64,000 nt of DNA from Octopus sinensis (GCF_006345805.1 NC_043000.1:46252001-46316000), one strand, 5' to 3'; positions 36,171 to 50,942 are shown, numbered from the stretch's first letter. Translations and numbers: made by a program. The notes: generated by a model from the letters alone, not told the origin.

Positions 36171-37353
36171 CAAAGCACTGGCCAGTAATAAATCACAAAA
36201 ATAAATAAAACAACTCAATAAAGTAAGTACCATTTGAGCACTGAGTTCAATGTAATTGTCTGACCCCCTTCTCCTAAATTTGGTACCCTGGTGCCAAAAT
36301 TAGAAAGAATTATTATGTTTATTTTTATTGTCCTCATCAATTTCTTGCCATGGTAAAACTTCACTTTTCATTGCACAGGGACTACCTTTTGTGAATATTT
36401 TAAAAATTTGGATATCTCATTTTTGTAGTTTCTTGTAATTAAGTCAAGAAAGAGGGGTAATCAGTTGCTTTTAATTTTTCTTTGTTATTAAATAATAAAA
36501 CAAACATTTTCAACAGCTTCTTGTGCCAAACCAACATTCATTATAAACCTGCCAGAAAAACACAACCACAAAATAGGCAAAACCCCTTGGTTCTTGCATT
36601 AAAAAAGGCATAAAATTAAAAGTACAAACTGAACAAAAACTGTTACTGAAGAAAATATTTTTTGAGAATATATTAGTTGCTGATATTTTATTACAAATAT
36701 GAGCCAGATAGCAAAACTGAAGATGTATTTAACAACAACAAATATTTATCTTTATCAAATAGTCACAGAAATTAATAACAATGGTATCTATTCTAATTCG
36801 AAAAATCACACCTATGTTGACTACCTATTTTCTTTCATCCAGGGTTGATAAAATAAATTCTACTTTAAGCATTGAGGTCAATAAATCAGCTAATTTTGAA
36901 GTATTGTACCAATTTTACAAATTAATAGTTTGCATGTTATCAACATTACTTTTAAAACGATACAAGTTAATTCCAGTAGCAACAGAGAATAAAAAATTAC
37001 AAATCTGTTAATGCTACACAAAGTTATAAATACTGACGTGGGAAGAGAAAAATATTAGTGAACCAAATAAACATTTCTGTAGGTTTTAACTCTTTAGCAC
37101 TCGGGTCACTCAATCGATTGTAATGATTTTTTTTTTTTAGATTGTTTTGAATTAATCGTTCATAATCTTGTAGCTTTAAGATTCTTATGACATGGTTGTA
37201 GAATGACATTCCAGTGTAAGTGTGAAAGGCTACATCCTGTTGATTTTGAAAATATAACAAAATATATGGTTGGGATATAGACAAACCTAAGGACATCTCA
37301 GTTAATTTCAAATGGATTAGTATCAGAAATATCTACTTGTGTTCATCCTGCAG

Positions 37354-37396
37354 AAAGAGGAAAAATCTTAGAGCTGCTGACTAGGAAATATGCTAG
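37354..37396 (+). CDS. Candidate small coding exon (ERGKILELLTRKYAR)
   Basis: Acceptor TCTACTTGTGTTCATCCTGCAG, donor AG|GTAAAA, 43 nt open frame. Confidence 0.3.
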
Positions 37397-38106
37397 GTAA
37401 AAGGTAATGCTTTTACTCATGTACATATCAACATGTTCATTGGAATCGTTTACAGAATAAAATAACTCAAGAACTTTAACTTTGCCTGAGTGCATGCCTG
37501 CATGCATGTGTAAATTGTGAATACGTCCATAAGTGTATGTTTGTACATTTGCAAAACATTTATTTAGTCTCACTTTATAAATGTCTGAGGTTAGACCATA
37601 AGTATGGAAGATGACTTCTGGCATTTGTTATTATTTTAACTTAACAAAATGGACTCCAGGAAACTTGCTAAAATAGTGATGTTAGAATTACTAGATAAAT
37701 GTACAGGAACTGTTCACTGGTTAGTGTTGTAAAGAGAAAATGTTTGAAGAATAAATAAATTGGATATGCCATCATCATAAGAAAAATCCAGAGTTTCTAT
37801 TTACTCAGCTAATCTGAATGCATGTCTATCAAGTGTATGCATGTAAACTTATTTTCAAATTGTATCTTACATAAGTGTCAATGAGGGAAACTTTATGTAT
37901 TTGTTTTCTCTACTAGAAATAGCAACTAAATTTTATGCAGTCTCTTTCTTAGAAAATAAGAGATATTGGACAATATAGTCCTGAATAAACTTTGTAGAAA
38001 GAATGAGATGGTCAAAGTTAGAAAGCATTTGCCTACATATAAGTAGATAGTAAGCTGACCAGAAACAAAATAACAATAACAATATATTACGTAAAAAAAT
38101 CTGTGT

Positions 38107-38509
38107 AGGAGTGGCTGTGTGGTAAGTAGCTTGCTTACCAACCATATGGTTCCGGGTTCAGTCCCACTACGTGGCACCTTGGGCAAGTGTCTTCTACTAT
38201 AGCCTTGGGCTGACCAAAGCCTTGTGAGTGGATTTAGTAGATGGAAACTGAAAGAAGCCTGTCGTATATATATATATATATGTGTGTGTGTGTATGTTTG
38301 TGTGTCTGTGTTTGTCCCCCCAACATTGCTTGACAACCGATGCTGGTGTGTTTAAATACCCGAAACTTAGCAGTTCGGCAAAAGAGACTGAGAGAATAAG
38401 TACTAGGCTTACAAAGAAAAAGTCCTGGGGTCGATTTACTCGACTAAAGGCGGTGCTCCAGCATGACCACAGACAAATGACTGAAACAGGTAAAAGAGTA
38501 AAGAGAGTA
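38107..38509 (+). mobile_element. SINE family A, complete, little-diverged copy
   Basis: tRNA head with A box (TGGCTGTGTGG) and B box (GGTTCAGTCC), CORE-like GGCACCTTGGGCAAGTGTC, central (TA)(TG), and tail ending (TAAAAGAG)n. Confidence 0.9.
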
Positions 38510-39912
38510 TGAAATGAGGTTTGGGCAAAAACCTGTCCTGGACTATGTGAATAAGAAGACAACTATAGGGGAATTTTTGAATGGTGTAGGACACAGCATC
38601 AGGTTGTAAGAAAATAAAATTTAAGTGAATCTCAACTCTTAATGTGGTTTTCAATATAGTGTCTGTTTTAATTTGATATTCTTTTTATTATGCTCATCTT
38701 TGTAACTGGGATTATTATATTAATTAATGTAATATTTTACACCTCAGAGCATGATCAATCTCAATAAGCTACAAATAATAAGAATAAGAATTATGTTTTA
38801 AAAATGCTTGTTCTTTTTTGTCATTGGGTGTTTTTTTTTCCCCAGCACTTTCTTTTTCTAGGAGGTTTTGTCCTACACACACATGAAACTTAAGGATAGA
38901 CTTTCATAATTTCTTCATAATTTCAACTTTGGGCTTATGAATTAAATTTCTTCCACATCATTTCATAAACATATTTATGCCATCCTCTCTCCAAACTTTC
39001 CATTTTAACTCGTGTACTGATGATAAAGCTAATACAGTTAAAAGAGTAATGAAATCAAACAAAAGCGCTTATAAATAAAGCTAATGCAAAAATTGCATTA
39101 TGAAACTAAAAGCTTCAAGAAGCACACTACACGGCCCATTTACTATGAATGCATGTACAATAATAAGGCAATCCATTGTGTTACAAGATTAAGACAAGCA
39201 CTGGAGTAATGAAAGCTATTAGAAATAGAATTTTCCATGAAATTAAAAATATGGCTCCTAGCAATGCAATTGATTCTAAATATGGTAGAAAGGCAATGGA
39301 GTAACAAAAGTGGTCGATCACTGCGCAGAATACCTTGTAGTGTTTGGTTTTTACTCATTTTACATTCACTGTTCAACTTCTAATAAATTCATCTTTGCCT
39401 TTAATCCTTCTGAGGTTAAAATAAAGTACCTGTCAAGTACAGGGGTCTGTTAAATCGATTGATTTCTCACTTAAAATTTGTGCCCGTGTGTTTATGTTAG
39501 AGATCAAAACTTAAATAAAGTTACAACTTTCAACATACAAAAGCTGATATATAGAGAAATCATTTCAAACTTCCATATGAATACTAGACACATGATAGTA
39601 GCCAATCAGAAGCAAACCAAAGGATATTCAGCAACAGCTAAATTGATTTTCAATATCCCCCCACCCAACAGATTAAAGAAATATTAAATATTTATTTTCC
39701 AACAGCTTAAATTAATACTCTTAATTTGAGATGTAAAAGAATCTTTTTATGCCACTTAATTTAAATTGGTATTTTGAATTATTAATTAATGTATCAGATA
39801 CAAAAACTAATATTTGTTTTCTTTTGTCCCATAAAGTTGATTAGCTTCATTGTAGGTAACTGCATACGTTTTTGTTGTTTTTTTTCTCTCTCTCTTTTCT
39901 TTGATATGTCAG

Positions 39913-40026
39913 AGGATGAAGAGCATGACGACTCTCTGGAGGTAGAAGAGTTGGGGAAAATATTTAATATTGGAGTAGTTAATAAGATATCTAGAAAATT
40001 AGAGGTTTGTGTTTGGAAAACGAAAG
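39913..40026 (+). CDS. Candidate coding exon (EDEEHDDSLEVEELGKIFNIGVVNKISRKLEVCVWKTK)
   Basis: Long polypyrimidine tract then TCAG; donor AAG|GTAATT; 114 nt, phase 1-1, open. Confidence 0.35.
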
Positions 40027-41744
40027 GTAATTTCTAGAATGAATGATTTCATTTGAGATGAACTATAATTAAACTTGGGGTATGAATAGAAAGAATTAGG
40101 GAGGCAGATATATTGGGTTCAGTAAAGGAGCTGCTATGCAATCCTTTAATTTGCTAGAATTAGCAGTGAAATATCTCTGAAATTATATACATTTCCCTCT
40201 CAGAAAGGATGCATCAGATAATATGACCTTTATGGGCAATCTGCATATGTAAAAGACAAGATAGTCGTAGCTAGAAGATTAAGAAGTCTCAGACAACAAG
40301 TAATCAAACAGGGCCTATGCATTCACAGAGAATCACTATAGCTGATTGAATGGACACAATACATTGCTAGCATTTACTTAATCAATCCTAGAAGATGAAA
40401 GGCAAAATCAATCATAGCAAAATTTGATGTCAGAACATTAAAGGACATAACTAAATATAATAAAGCTTTTTGTTTGATGTTATATCAAATCTGCCATTCT
40501 ATAATACTGCAGATTTGTTGTACTAATAATCATAGAAATAGCTACTGAAATACTCAGTGCTAAAACTTTGTGTCTGAGTACAAGTTGTCTCTAGGTATTA
40601 CAAGAATATTTTATTTTTATTTGACGTCCGAGATGTAGCTGCTAAATTCCTCTCAAATCACATTCAACCTTATAAAAAAGGACACATTAGAGGATATGAT
40701 TCAACAAACCAATGAGGAATATCTGTGTAATGGCTCATTAGGAACAACACCTAAATCTCTCTCAGAGGACATCTTATTGTCTTAGAAAATGATACATTGA
40801 AAAATGTGGTCTTAGGTGTACTTTACATAAGAAAAGGACAGAATGGTCATGGCTGAAATATTTTTGATCAAGATCTGTTGTATCAGGTCTAATGGTGTTA
40901 TAAACTTTGTCAAGATACATGTATACAATAGAAACTGGTTGCATATGATAATATGCATTTGAAAAAAATTTAAGTACCATTTACATGGGGAAATCATTCA
41001 CTGTTTTGTCTACCAGAACAGTGCAGTGAAACTATTTCGTTTTTTAGCTCAGTGGTTTTCAAATGATGTTCCATGGGGTTTTAGAAATACAATTTAAGCT
41101 TTTAGAAAATCAATACAATTGCTCAAGCATTTTGAAAAACAAGCTATTCATAATTTTTTAAATTGCACATATGATTAATAAAACAAGGTAAACAATGATT
41201 TTTTATATTTTTGCCACACTTTTAACTTAAAAATATAGTTTATTTTAAAACTTTCCATACAAAGTGTGTGACTATTTTTCATTTTATCTCCAACGCATTG
41301 CAAAACCAAACAGATTCAGATCTTCTATTTTAGCTACTATATTAATTGTATTACATTAGTTCTTCCACAGTTTTTTGACAATAGTCCTTGTTATAATATA
41401 ACTTACTTTCTGTCTTTTATCAAAGCAGTTACCAGAGTACTGCTGGGTAATTGAGAAAACAAAGGATGCAACATAACGCTGGCCTTAGGTCTATTTGTTT
41501 TCAGTTAGAAAAGTTTCGTGGGAAAATTAGTTAAAGTCCATGACAGCTGATGGCACATAATCGATTCCTTACAATCTAAACTGATTTCTTATTGCAATTA
41601 ACTATACAGAAATATCAAAAAATTAGAATGCACCAAAAATACTCAGTACTAATGACTTTGGGGAGTAATCTGATATGAAGGAAATATTACAGCCAGATAT
41701 TATTTGCTTGTTGAAGTTCAAATCTTTTACTACTATCTACCAAT

Positions 41745-41980
41745 ATTAATTCCCAAAGGTGAAGAGTTGGTAGAATTGTTAGCAATCTGGGCTAAAGGCT
41801 TAGCAGCATTTTGTCCATCTTTACATTTTGAGTTCATATTCTGCTGAGGTCCACCTTACCTTTCATCCTTTTATAGTTGATAAAATAAGTACCATTTGAG
41901 CATTGGAGACAATGTAATTCGAAATACTTCTTCCCTTGAAATTACTGGTCTTGTGCCAAACTTTGAAACTAATATTAAGT
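41745..41980 (+). mobile_element. SINE family B copy
   Basis: Same core as 30789-31022. Further degenerate copies at ~22620-22960 (-), 40330-40470 (-) and 43020-43190 (+). Confidence 0.7.
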
Positions 41981-42493
41981 CCCAAAGAATCACAACCATT
42001 CTTTAAAAACCTTACCTATATCATCTCATCACTGAATTAAAAATTTTACTTTTAAGGATCTTCAACTTATTCTAAAATTCTGTTCCATGTTATAAGCAAA
42101 TTTAATTTAGTTTCTTGCAGTTATTAATGTAATTTTATGAAAAAATATTCTACAATACTTTAGCTAGAGTTAATACATTGAATTCACGATTACTGGAAAC
42201 AGCTGTAAGCTAGATCTACTACAATAAAGGAAAAATATGTAATGACCATTATTTATGCCTTGTCTTGTATATCACTCTGAGCAGAAACCAGTTTGACAGG
42301 AGCACAACCATGGATTTACAATATAGAATGGTGAGGAACCATAACCTCAAACCCTGCAATAAAAATATTTGGAGTTCTTCACTAATCTAAGCAATATTAT
42401 TAGCCTAGTGTGCCAACAGAGAGCTTATGTAGTAGTTATAATCCCTCACTAGTTACTGTTATACATACATACATACATACATACATACATACA

Positions 42494-42529
<36 letters not shown>

Positions 42530-43998
42530 CATATATGTATGTATAAAATACAATGGGCTTCTTTGAGTTTCTTTCTACCAAATGCACTCACAAGGCTTTG
42601 GTCAGCTTGAGATTAGAGAACACACTTGACTATGATGCTATGGTTAATTACTGAAACAAATAAAAGATAATGATAAAAGAATTAGAACTAAGTGTGAGAA
42701 ATATTAGTCAATGGCAAATATCATGCTTATTAGTTCAGAAAATGGAATATATTAGGACTTTATTAAAAACACTATAAAAGAAAACTTCAAATAAGAACAA
42801 TCTTGATTAATTCCCTGTCAGCTTTCTTTATTAATTCCCTGTCAGTCTGTATAATATATGGTGTGTGCCATAATATTTATAAACATTCAAATAGAGTTAT
42901 CAGTTTATGTGTCTCATCATTATTCCATCACAATTATTGTATGTTTTGACCACTATCCAACATCTGATATATGCAAAATAGATTAAAGCATTTCATGGTC
43001 AATGCACTAAAGGCTACATAAGCAGGGAATTTGTAGAAACACTGGAGGACTGGACAAAATATTTGTGGTATTTATTTTCTAGCCAGTAAATTCTGCATTT
43101 TGTTTCAAATCCTGCCATACAACCTCACCTTCATTCTTTCAAGCACTGATAAAAATAAAATACCAGTCAAGTACTGAAGCCAACATATTGTTTCTGTAAA
43201 GCTTGCTAAATGTAAATGTGATTATAGAAGACTACAACTAAGACTATAAGTTCTAATTTAGTTTGTCTTGAATGTGATAAATCTGCTAACACACGACAAA
43301 CTATCAACAGCGAATATAACATAAATCCTTTTATTCCAATAATGCTTGTGCAAGGTTTGCTATCTGTTTTTCCATAATGCTATGGCTTTCATAACATAAC
43401 TCATTCCTATGTGATATATATATTAGACTTTACTTGCTATGCTTTAAGTAATTATGTCAGCTAACAAAATTAATGGTTATCGAGTGAATAAAGCTCTCAT
43501 AGTTACATACTAAGTAAGCAATTATATTTAGTGTTATTGCATGACATTACCATCTAGACTAGTCAACCAAGTCATAGCTTTGTTGTCATGGTGTAGTTTT
43601 CTGTCAAATTTATTCTAGACGTAGACGCTTTAAAACGATTAAATTTCTTAATTGATTTTTGTTGAATAGCCAATAGAAAGAGGTAAATTGGAGCATACTT
43701 TGTCATGAAATTATCAACTTTTGTTAGCAATGAAATAATTCCTGATGGTGAAATATTTCAAATGATTAAAAATATTTAGTTTCAAAAGAGAATAAAATAG
43801 ATGCATTAGTTCTTAAATAATCCCCATTGATGTGGTTACAATTCCTTTCAGATCTACAAACAATAATAATTTCCCATTATTAGGAAGAAACATAAGAAAG
43901 AACATAAAACTAATTAAACTAATCTAATACTTCAAAAATAAAACAGTTGCCCATTCTACTAAGATAGTTTATATGTGATAAAATTGTCTGTATAACAG

Positions 43999-44064
43999 TA
44001 TACTATGAAGGTGACAGAATGAAACCACATATGGGAGAATATCCAGACTCCAGACATAGAGCAG
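43999..44064 (+). CDS. Candidate coding exon (YYEGDRMKPHMGEYPDSRHRA)
   Basis: Acceptor TTGTCTGTATAACAG, donor CAG|GTAAAG, 66 nt, phase 1-1, open. Confidence 0.35.
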
Positions 44065-44518
44065 GTAAAGAAACAGAAAAAACTATTTTGAGAATGTTAT
44101 TTAACAAATTATTGACCATTTCATTACAGCTTTGGTAAAGCAGTTTGATGAGCATAAAGTAACTATTATGCCTTGATTAAATGTCCTTCCAGATAGTTTT
44201 AAGACAACAGTTTAAAAAAATTCCAATTGAATTTAATGCTAATTACATTATGTGGTTAAAGAAAAAGAGTAAAATGATGGAAATTTTGTATTATTGGTTG
44301 ACAAAATAACTATACTATAAATATACTATAAATAATCCGTTTATTGTGAACAAGTCTGCACAAAGGCGAAGTATGTAATTTTCTTTCATATATTTAAATT
44401 TATGCAGTTTTTCAGGATTATTTCAGCAGATTTCAGTGAACATGTGTTTTATCTGTCAATAATCTATATTTCTTTCCTTACATTTTCATCCATGGTTGAA
44501 GATGACTGTTACATATAC

Positions 44519-44885
44519 ACTCTTTTACTTGTTTCAGTCATTTGACCGTGGCCATGCTGGAGCACTGCCTTTAGTCGAGCAATTCGACCCCGGAACTTAT
44601 TCTTTGTAAGCCTAGTACTTATTCTATCAGTCTCTTTTGCCAAACTGCTAAGTTACGGGGACATAAACACACCAGCATCGGTTGTCAAGCGATGTTAGGG
44701 GGACAAACACACATACACACACACGCACACACATATATACATACATATAGATGACGGGCTTCTTTCAGGCTTTGATCGGCCTGAGCTATAGAAAAAGATA
44801 CTTACCCAAGGTGCCACACAGTGGGACTGAACCTGGAACCATGTGGTTGGTAAACAAGCTACTTACCACACAGCCTCTCTTATGC
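44519..44885 (-). mobile_element. SINE family A, near-complete
   Basis: Reverse complement of 38107-38509 with a small internal deletion. Confidence 0.88.
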
Positions 44886-45097
44886 CTATGGGGACAAGAA
44901 TTCAAAGAAAGATTCTTTAACCAAATTATTTTATTGAGAATTTAAAATAAAAATCAGACATGGCTGTGTTTATGTGAAGTTTTCTTCATGACAAAGTGTG
45001 GCACTTTGGACAAGTGTTTTCTACTATACTATGAGGCTGACCGATGCTTAGAGAATGGAAATTGTGTACAACTGTGTAGAATCCTTTCATTTGTGTG

Positions 45098-45143
<46 letters not shown>

Positions 45144-45185
45144 CCATGTTTCTTTGCATGTGATCCTGTTCAAGTGATGATGGTA

Positions 45186-45833
45186 TTCATCATCATTTAA
45201 CGTCCGCTTTTCATGCTGGCATGGGTTAGACCCTTTGACTGCAGACTGGCGAGCCAGATGGCTGCATCAGGCTCCAATCTGATCTGGCAGAGTTTCAACA
45301 GTTGGATGCCCTTCCTAACGCCAACCACTCTGAGAGTGTAGTGGATGCTTATACATGCCACCAGCATGAGAGCCAGTCAGGTGGTACTGGCAATGGCCAT
45401 ACTCAAGGAATTTTTTACATGCCACCTGTATAGGAGCCAGTCCAGTGGCACTGGCCACGACCTTACTCAAAGGTTGTTTTTCATGTGCCAATGGCACAAA
45501 TGCCAGTAAGGTGACGCTGGTAATGATCATGCTCGAATGGTGCTTTTTACATATCACTGGTATGGGAGCCAGTCAGTGGCCCTGGCAGCGATCACACTCG
45601 GATGGTGCTCTTAGCGCTCCACTAGCACGGATGCCAGTCATGCGGTGCTGTCATCGAATTTGATTTCGATTTCACTTGCCTCAACAGGTCTTCACAAGCA
45701 GAGTTTAGTGTTCAATGAAGGAAAGGTACACATAAGTGGGCTGGTTGCACCACTGGCATAGGCCACAGGTCATGGTCTTACTTGGCTTACCAGGTCTTCT
45801 CAAGCACAGCATATTTCCAAAGGTCTCCCTCAA
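45186..45833 (-). mobile_element. 5'-truncated RTE LINE 3' end with tandem 3' UTR repeats
   Basis: Minus strand RDLWKYAVLEKT then repeated TGGCAYRTAAAAAGCACC-type units and a (GAT)n tail; same family as 13288-13911. Confidence 0.8.
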
Positions 45834-48800
45834 GCAATATGCCCTTCAGTATGAAAGCATCTTACTTCAGGCATGTGAAGAGAAGTAGAAAAACAAAAAT
45901 AACTTAATTGAAAAATGCAGTTACTGACAGGAAAGGCATTACACTATAAAGTACTTCATTAATAAGACTCACCCAGCCCATGCCAGTATGGAAAAAGAAG
46001 CATTGAAATGATAATGATGAATGTGCATTTTGATATGTATATTATGAGATGTAAAAAGCCTATTTTAGTGTCATAAAATATCCAGCAGAACTGTTAGTAT
46101 TAAATTGATCTCAAAATAGCACGCTGACATAAAACTCATGCTTCTTCCACCACCTCTGAGTTAAACATCAACATAAACTATCACAAGCTTACAAATATAA
46201 TATGATTGAAAAGCCTTTATAAGACACTTCACCTCCAGTTCACATTTCTCAATATTCAAACCCTTTCTATAAGCCACATGCCTAATTTGATATAGCAAGC
46301 AATATGCACAAAATATTCATTATTCTCTAGAACTACCTGTCTTAAAATCATTCTTGCTAACTGCTGGAAATTCAAAAGAAATGTCAGCCATTTGAACTCT
46401 TTCCTGTCCAAACCTCTGAGTACAACAATTCAAAAGGATGAAATATCAGTTAAATTATCCTTACCATTTAATAACTGGTTTATAATATTTTGAGATTATG
46501 TAATGTCTTATTCATTAATTTATAGCTTAAGGAAGAGCCCTAACAGGCCAAAGATCAACAGGAAAATTGCCTAAAATAATAATAATGTCAAAATCTTATT
46601 TAACAATTTTGTGCACATTCTGTCAACTGTTACTCCAATGGCAAATGTTATAAACATTGATATTCCAAGTTTTTGAGCTGAAAGATCGGCTTTGATAATT
46701 TATTGTAATGTAAGGAATACATCAGAAGGAGATGACTTAAATTTTCCAATGTAATTAGGTCATAGATATAAATCTTCTGGATAAAGCAAAAGTATATCTC
46801 AGGAAATTTTTCAAAAATTCATAGGCAACTTATTTCTGAAAACTACATAAAAGCAATGTAGAATACATTCTACCGAAATCCTATAATATAATATTATATA
46901 AAAATGCATATATCTATACACACACACACATATATATATTGTTGCATATATTATATTCAAAGTATCTCAAAGATAGCTCAAACATGTTTTATTTTATCTT
47001 TTCATTAAAAAACCAATAGCAGGACTTCACAACTAGATACTTATTAAAATAAAATATATAGGAAGCATTGTTATTTCTCATCTCACAGCTCACTGTGCTA
47101 TTACGTCAAGAGAATATTGTGCTACCAGTTAGATTTCAAGCATAAAGTGCTAAATTCAATTAAGATATCTTTTATAATATGGTGTAATATTTCCTTAGTT
47201 ACAGTGTAAATTATTCAAAACTAATAAAGTAAGTGTTTGGGAGACAGGCTTTTTCCAGAGGTATTATGTAAATTATTTTCTCTTCCTTTTGAGAGATTTT
47301 GGCTTGTAATCTTCCAGTGTATTGAATCAATACTTTGATTAAGAATTCAAATATCAACACTGCAAACATCATGGAAAATTCTACGTAAAATATTTAAAAA
47401 TTGCCCTAATATGATGTATCACATATCTAAATTTCTCTTTGATATGAATCAGCCTTTTATGTAGATATATATATATATATGTGTGTGTGTGTGGTGTGTG
47501 TGTGTGTGTGTGTATGCTTGAAAACAATAATGTTACCTGAGCTTCTAACTTCCCTACCTGCAATTATTATTCTGGAATAGTGGTGTACTTAATTTCTTAT
47601 TCATAATTTAGTTCAAGTCATTTATAACCATTCTAGAGATCTTTACAGATTATATTGCATATCCAAAAGACTTTTCCAAACCATTCTGAGAAATTTTGCT
47701 GGTATTGTCATTAAATGCTCTTCCATTTTAAGCTCTGATACAGAAATATGTAACTGCTCTACAGAATTTTATGTAGCAATCTGTGTATCATACACAAAAC
47801 AAATACATCATTGAAAGCCTAAATAACTGTGGTATTCTTGAGAAAGTATCTCTTAATGGCAGACAAAAATTGACCAGTAGTGATATGTACATTTCTTCCT
47901 CTTTGGACTTATAATGCAGCCCAAGAGTATGGGTGTATTTACAACAAATATCATCAATATGTATTTAGCAGAGTAACACTAGTTCTTATAAGGTTATATA
48001 GTTTGAATGTTCACTCTATTATTATGTGTATTTTTCTAAACTTAGTTGGCAAATATTTATTTCAAATTATGTTTCATAAAATTTTCAAAATTCATTGAAA
48101 TTACAACTGTATTGGTAATTTCTCTTTCTTTTGCTAGATTAAAAAAAAATGAAACAGCATGCCACATTTACTTCTACAATGCAGTTACTTCAACAGCAAC
48201 ATTTGTCTGTTAAATAGTAAATACTTATAAGTGTTTTATACTGTGCTATAGACTTTACAGGGAATACTTTCAAATCAGATACAAGTTACATACCTTTTCA
48301 ATCAGTTATGAAAAAATTAGGGGCATTACAACATTCTCCAAGTAAATTTAGAATCTGAACCCAACTGGATCTATGATTAAAGTATTGACAAATAAATCAT
48401 CAAATCTCCACTGCATATATCAACAATGTCATATATCCCTCCTGCCTATCAGAGAAATACAACATCCTGACACAACCATTGTAACAAATAAATTTAAAAT
48501 CAGAACTGGTGTCTTTGTGCACTCATAAAATCAATTTTATACTTGGAATATACTTGCTGCCAACCTGGAAATGTTGCATGCCTTTGCAAAATCATACCAT
48601 GCACTTTCTGCATCAACAAACATTTCAATTCTTGCTAACTTCTGTTTACCAATTCTTCTTTTTTATTTACTATGTTTTATGCTTTGTTTTCCCTTCATTA
48701 TGTCTGCCACTTTTCCCTAATCCTTGACTTATGGCTTCTACCTTATCAATTTTTACATTTCAGCTGATTCACTTTAAATCTGTCCCCAACCTGTCAATAA

Positions 48801-49609
48801 TTATTATTTATAACCGATTCATAAAATCAAACTTTATTTCACCATTCAGACAGTAAAATTTGCACAGATGGATGCATATACCAGGACCACATTTACTTTT
48901 CCTTTGACTTATTTCTTTGTTCTATATACAATTTTCTCTTTTTATTTTCATTCTGTATTATATTTCCCACACTTTATGTATGTAATACACTCTATTATTT
49001 TCATTTACATATCTTTTTTGCACTTTCATGAAAGGAATTGCTCATCTAACTAAATATACCTATGTTTGTTTTTAAAATATTTTTGTAAGCATTTAATGAT
49101 TGTATGCTTTATGCAAGTGTGCATATTTAAGAACAGATGTTCACATCCATGTGTTGTACATTTGTAATACTTTTTACAAATAGAGCTAAGCATCTGTGCA
49201 AGTAAGTGCTGCTTGCATAGTGCATTCATCAATTGGGCATTCCTCAATATATATATATATCAGTGTGTGTAAGTGTGTGCAAGTACAATGGATATCAGCC
49301 TAATATCTACACATATTTTGAAGTGTTTGTGCATGTATGTTTCTGTGTGCATTTATGTGTTTGTATAATTAAGGGGTCCTTTTTCTTCTTGCTATTTTCT
49401 TTTTTCATTTTCTTTTTGTTGTTCTTTTCCTGTTTTACAAGTTATTTGGTAACCTCACACAGTGTCAGTGACTCAAAGAAAGTATGCTGTATGCACTGTT
49501 TAGTGGTTGGGGCATCCAGTCATAGAAACCATACCAAAAGTAGCATTGGACCTAACCAGAATCTGTCAAAGAATCCTACCTATACCAATATAGAAAATAG
49601 AAGTTAATT

Positions 49610-49800
49610 GGTGCCATATATATTTTTATGTGTATGGCTGTGTGATAAGAAGCTTGCTTCCCAACCACATTGTTCTGGGTTCAGTCCCACTGCATGGCAC
49701 CTTGGGCAAGTGTATTCTACAATAGCCTTGAGCCGACCAAAGCCTTGTGAGTGGATTTGGTGGAAAGAAACTGAAAGAAGCCTGTTGTATGCTTGTTTGT
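49610..49800 (+). mobile_element. SINE family A head
   Basis: TGGCTGTGTGATAAG...GGTTCAGTCCCACTGCATGGCACCTTGGGCAAG. Confidence 0.8.
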
Positions 49801-49819
49801 ATGTATATTTATATATATA

Positions 49820-50940
49820 CAGAGTGAGTAAGATTTTTGAGGACAGTTTTATGTTTATAAATAACATAAATATATAATAACAGATAATAACCTTATTTAT
49901 CAAAAACTACTATGAGGATAAAGCTAAACCATTTTTTCTATAATGTTATTCAATAAAGCCAGTTTCAGCTTCAACAACTGCTTCTGTATGAGATCTAAAT
50001 CATCTCTGTGCTCGAATCAAGTGGTCCTGGTTCATTTTTGGTCATTACTATGACAATGGCGACTTTCAAAGAAGCTGTTATAGGCATGTTCATTGAGCTC
50101 TCTCTCAACAACGCTCCACATGTAATAGTCCAATGGATTGAGATCTGGGGAATTAGAAGGCCAAATATTAGAGGTTATGTGATTATGAAAGTTTTCAGCC
50201 ATCCATTCCTGTGTTACTATAGCCATGTATGATAGTGCAGAGTTTTACTGGAACACATATGGCCTTCCACTGTATACACTGTCTATCCAGGGCTTAACAA
50301 TTATTTCTAGAACCTAAATGTAGGTGGCAGAGTAAACTCTAAGGCCTTGTGGAATGATGTAAGGAGGCATCACATGTCCTTCATTGCTGACAACCTCTAA
50401 AACCATAACCGTTGCAGGAAATTTTGTATGCAAAACACTTGGAACTTCAGAAGGGTCTGCACATAACCATCTGTCATTTCTTCTGTTAACTTTTTGATTT
50501 TGGTCAAAGTTTTTCTCGTTTGAGAAAAGCCAAATCAAATAATCTTCTGCTGGACGTTTCAGTTTGTCTAAGAGCCTTTTAGATCTGATGTGTGATTTTC
50601 TTTTGCTTTATCAGACAAATGACCTTTCCTCATTATATGAGACTTATATCTGATGTCCTTGTGAACAACATTTCTGACAGTTCCTTCTATCACTTGGAGA
50701 TCTTTTGCAATTGACTTCATGTACTTTCTCGGATTGTAACCAATGGTCTGTTGAACTTGTTGGATAAATTCAAGTGTTTTGATGGTTTCAGAGTGTTTAG
50801 AATACTTTTTCTGATTTTGGTAATTGTGATACGTTTCTATCTTCAGTCTCTAGCTCCTTACAAACTTTGTAGACAAAAGATCTGGCAACTTTTAAAAATC
50901 AAGATATTTCTAAATCCCTATGCTCAGCCTTTATAACTAT
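49820..50940 (-). mobile_element. maT/DD37D Tc1-mariner transposon, 5' end lost
   Basis: TA|CAGAGTGAG end at 49820; minus strand AEHRDLEI..FLKVARSFV, MKSIAKDLQV, WLFSNEKNFDQNQKVNRRNDRWL, KFPATVMVL, PYVFQ, WPSNSPDLNPLDYYMW; stop at 49946-49948. Confidence 0.85.
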
Positions 50941-50942
50941 AA

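Noticed and set aside
38107-38175. tRNA-like sequences with A and B boxes (also at 9412, 26396 and 30789)
   Set aside because: They are SINE heads followed by SINE bodies, with no complete cloverleaf evident.
39143-39376. Minus-strand open frames, one strongly hydrophobic (VFCAVIDHFCYSIAFLPYLESIALLGAIFLISWKILFL...)
   Set aside because: Splice signals are weak, no homology is recognised, and hydrophobic frames are expected from T-rich DNA.
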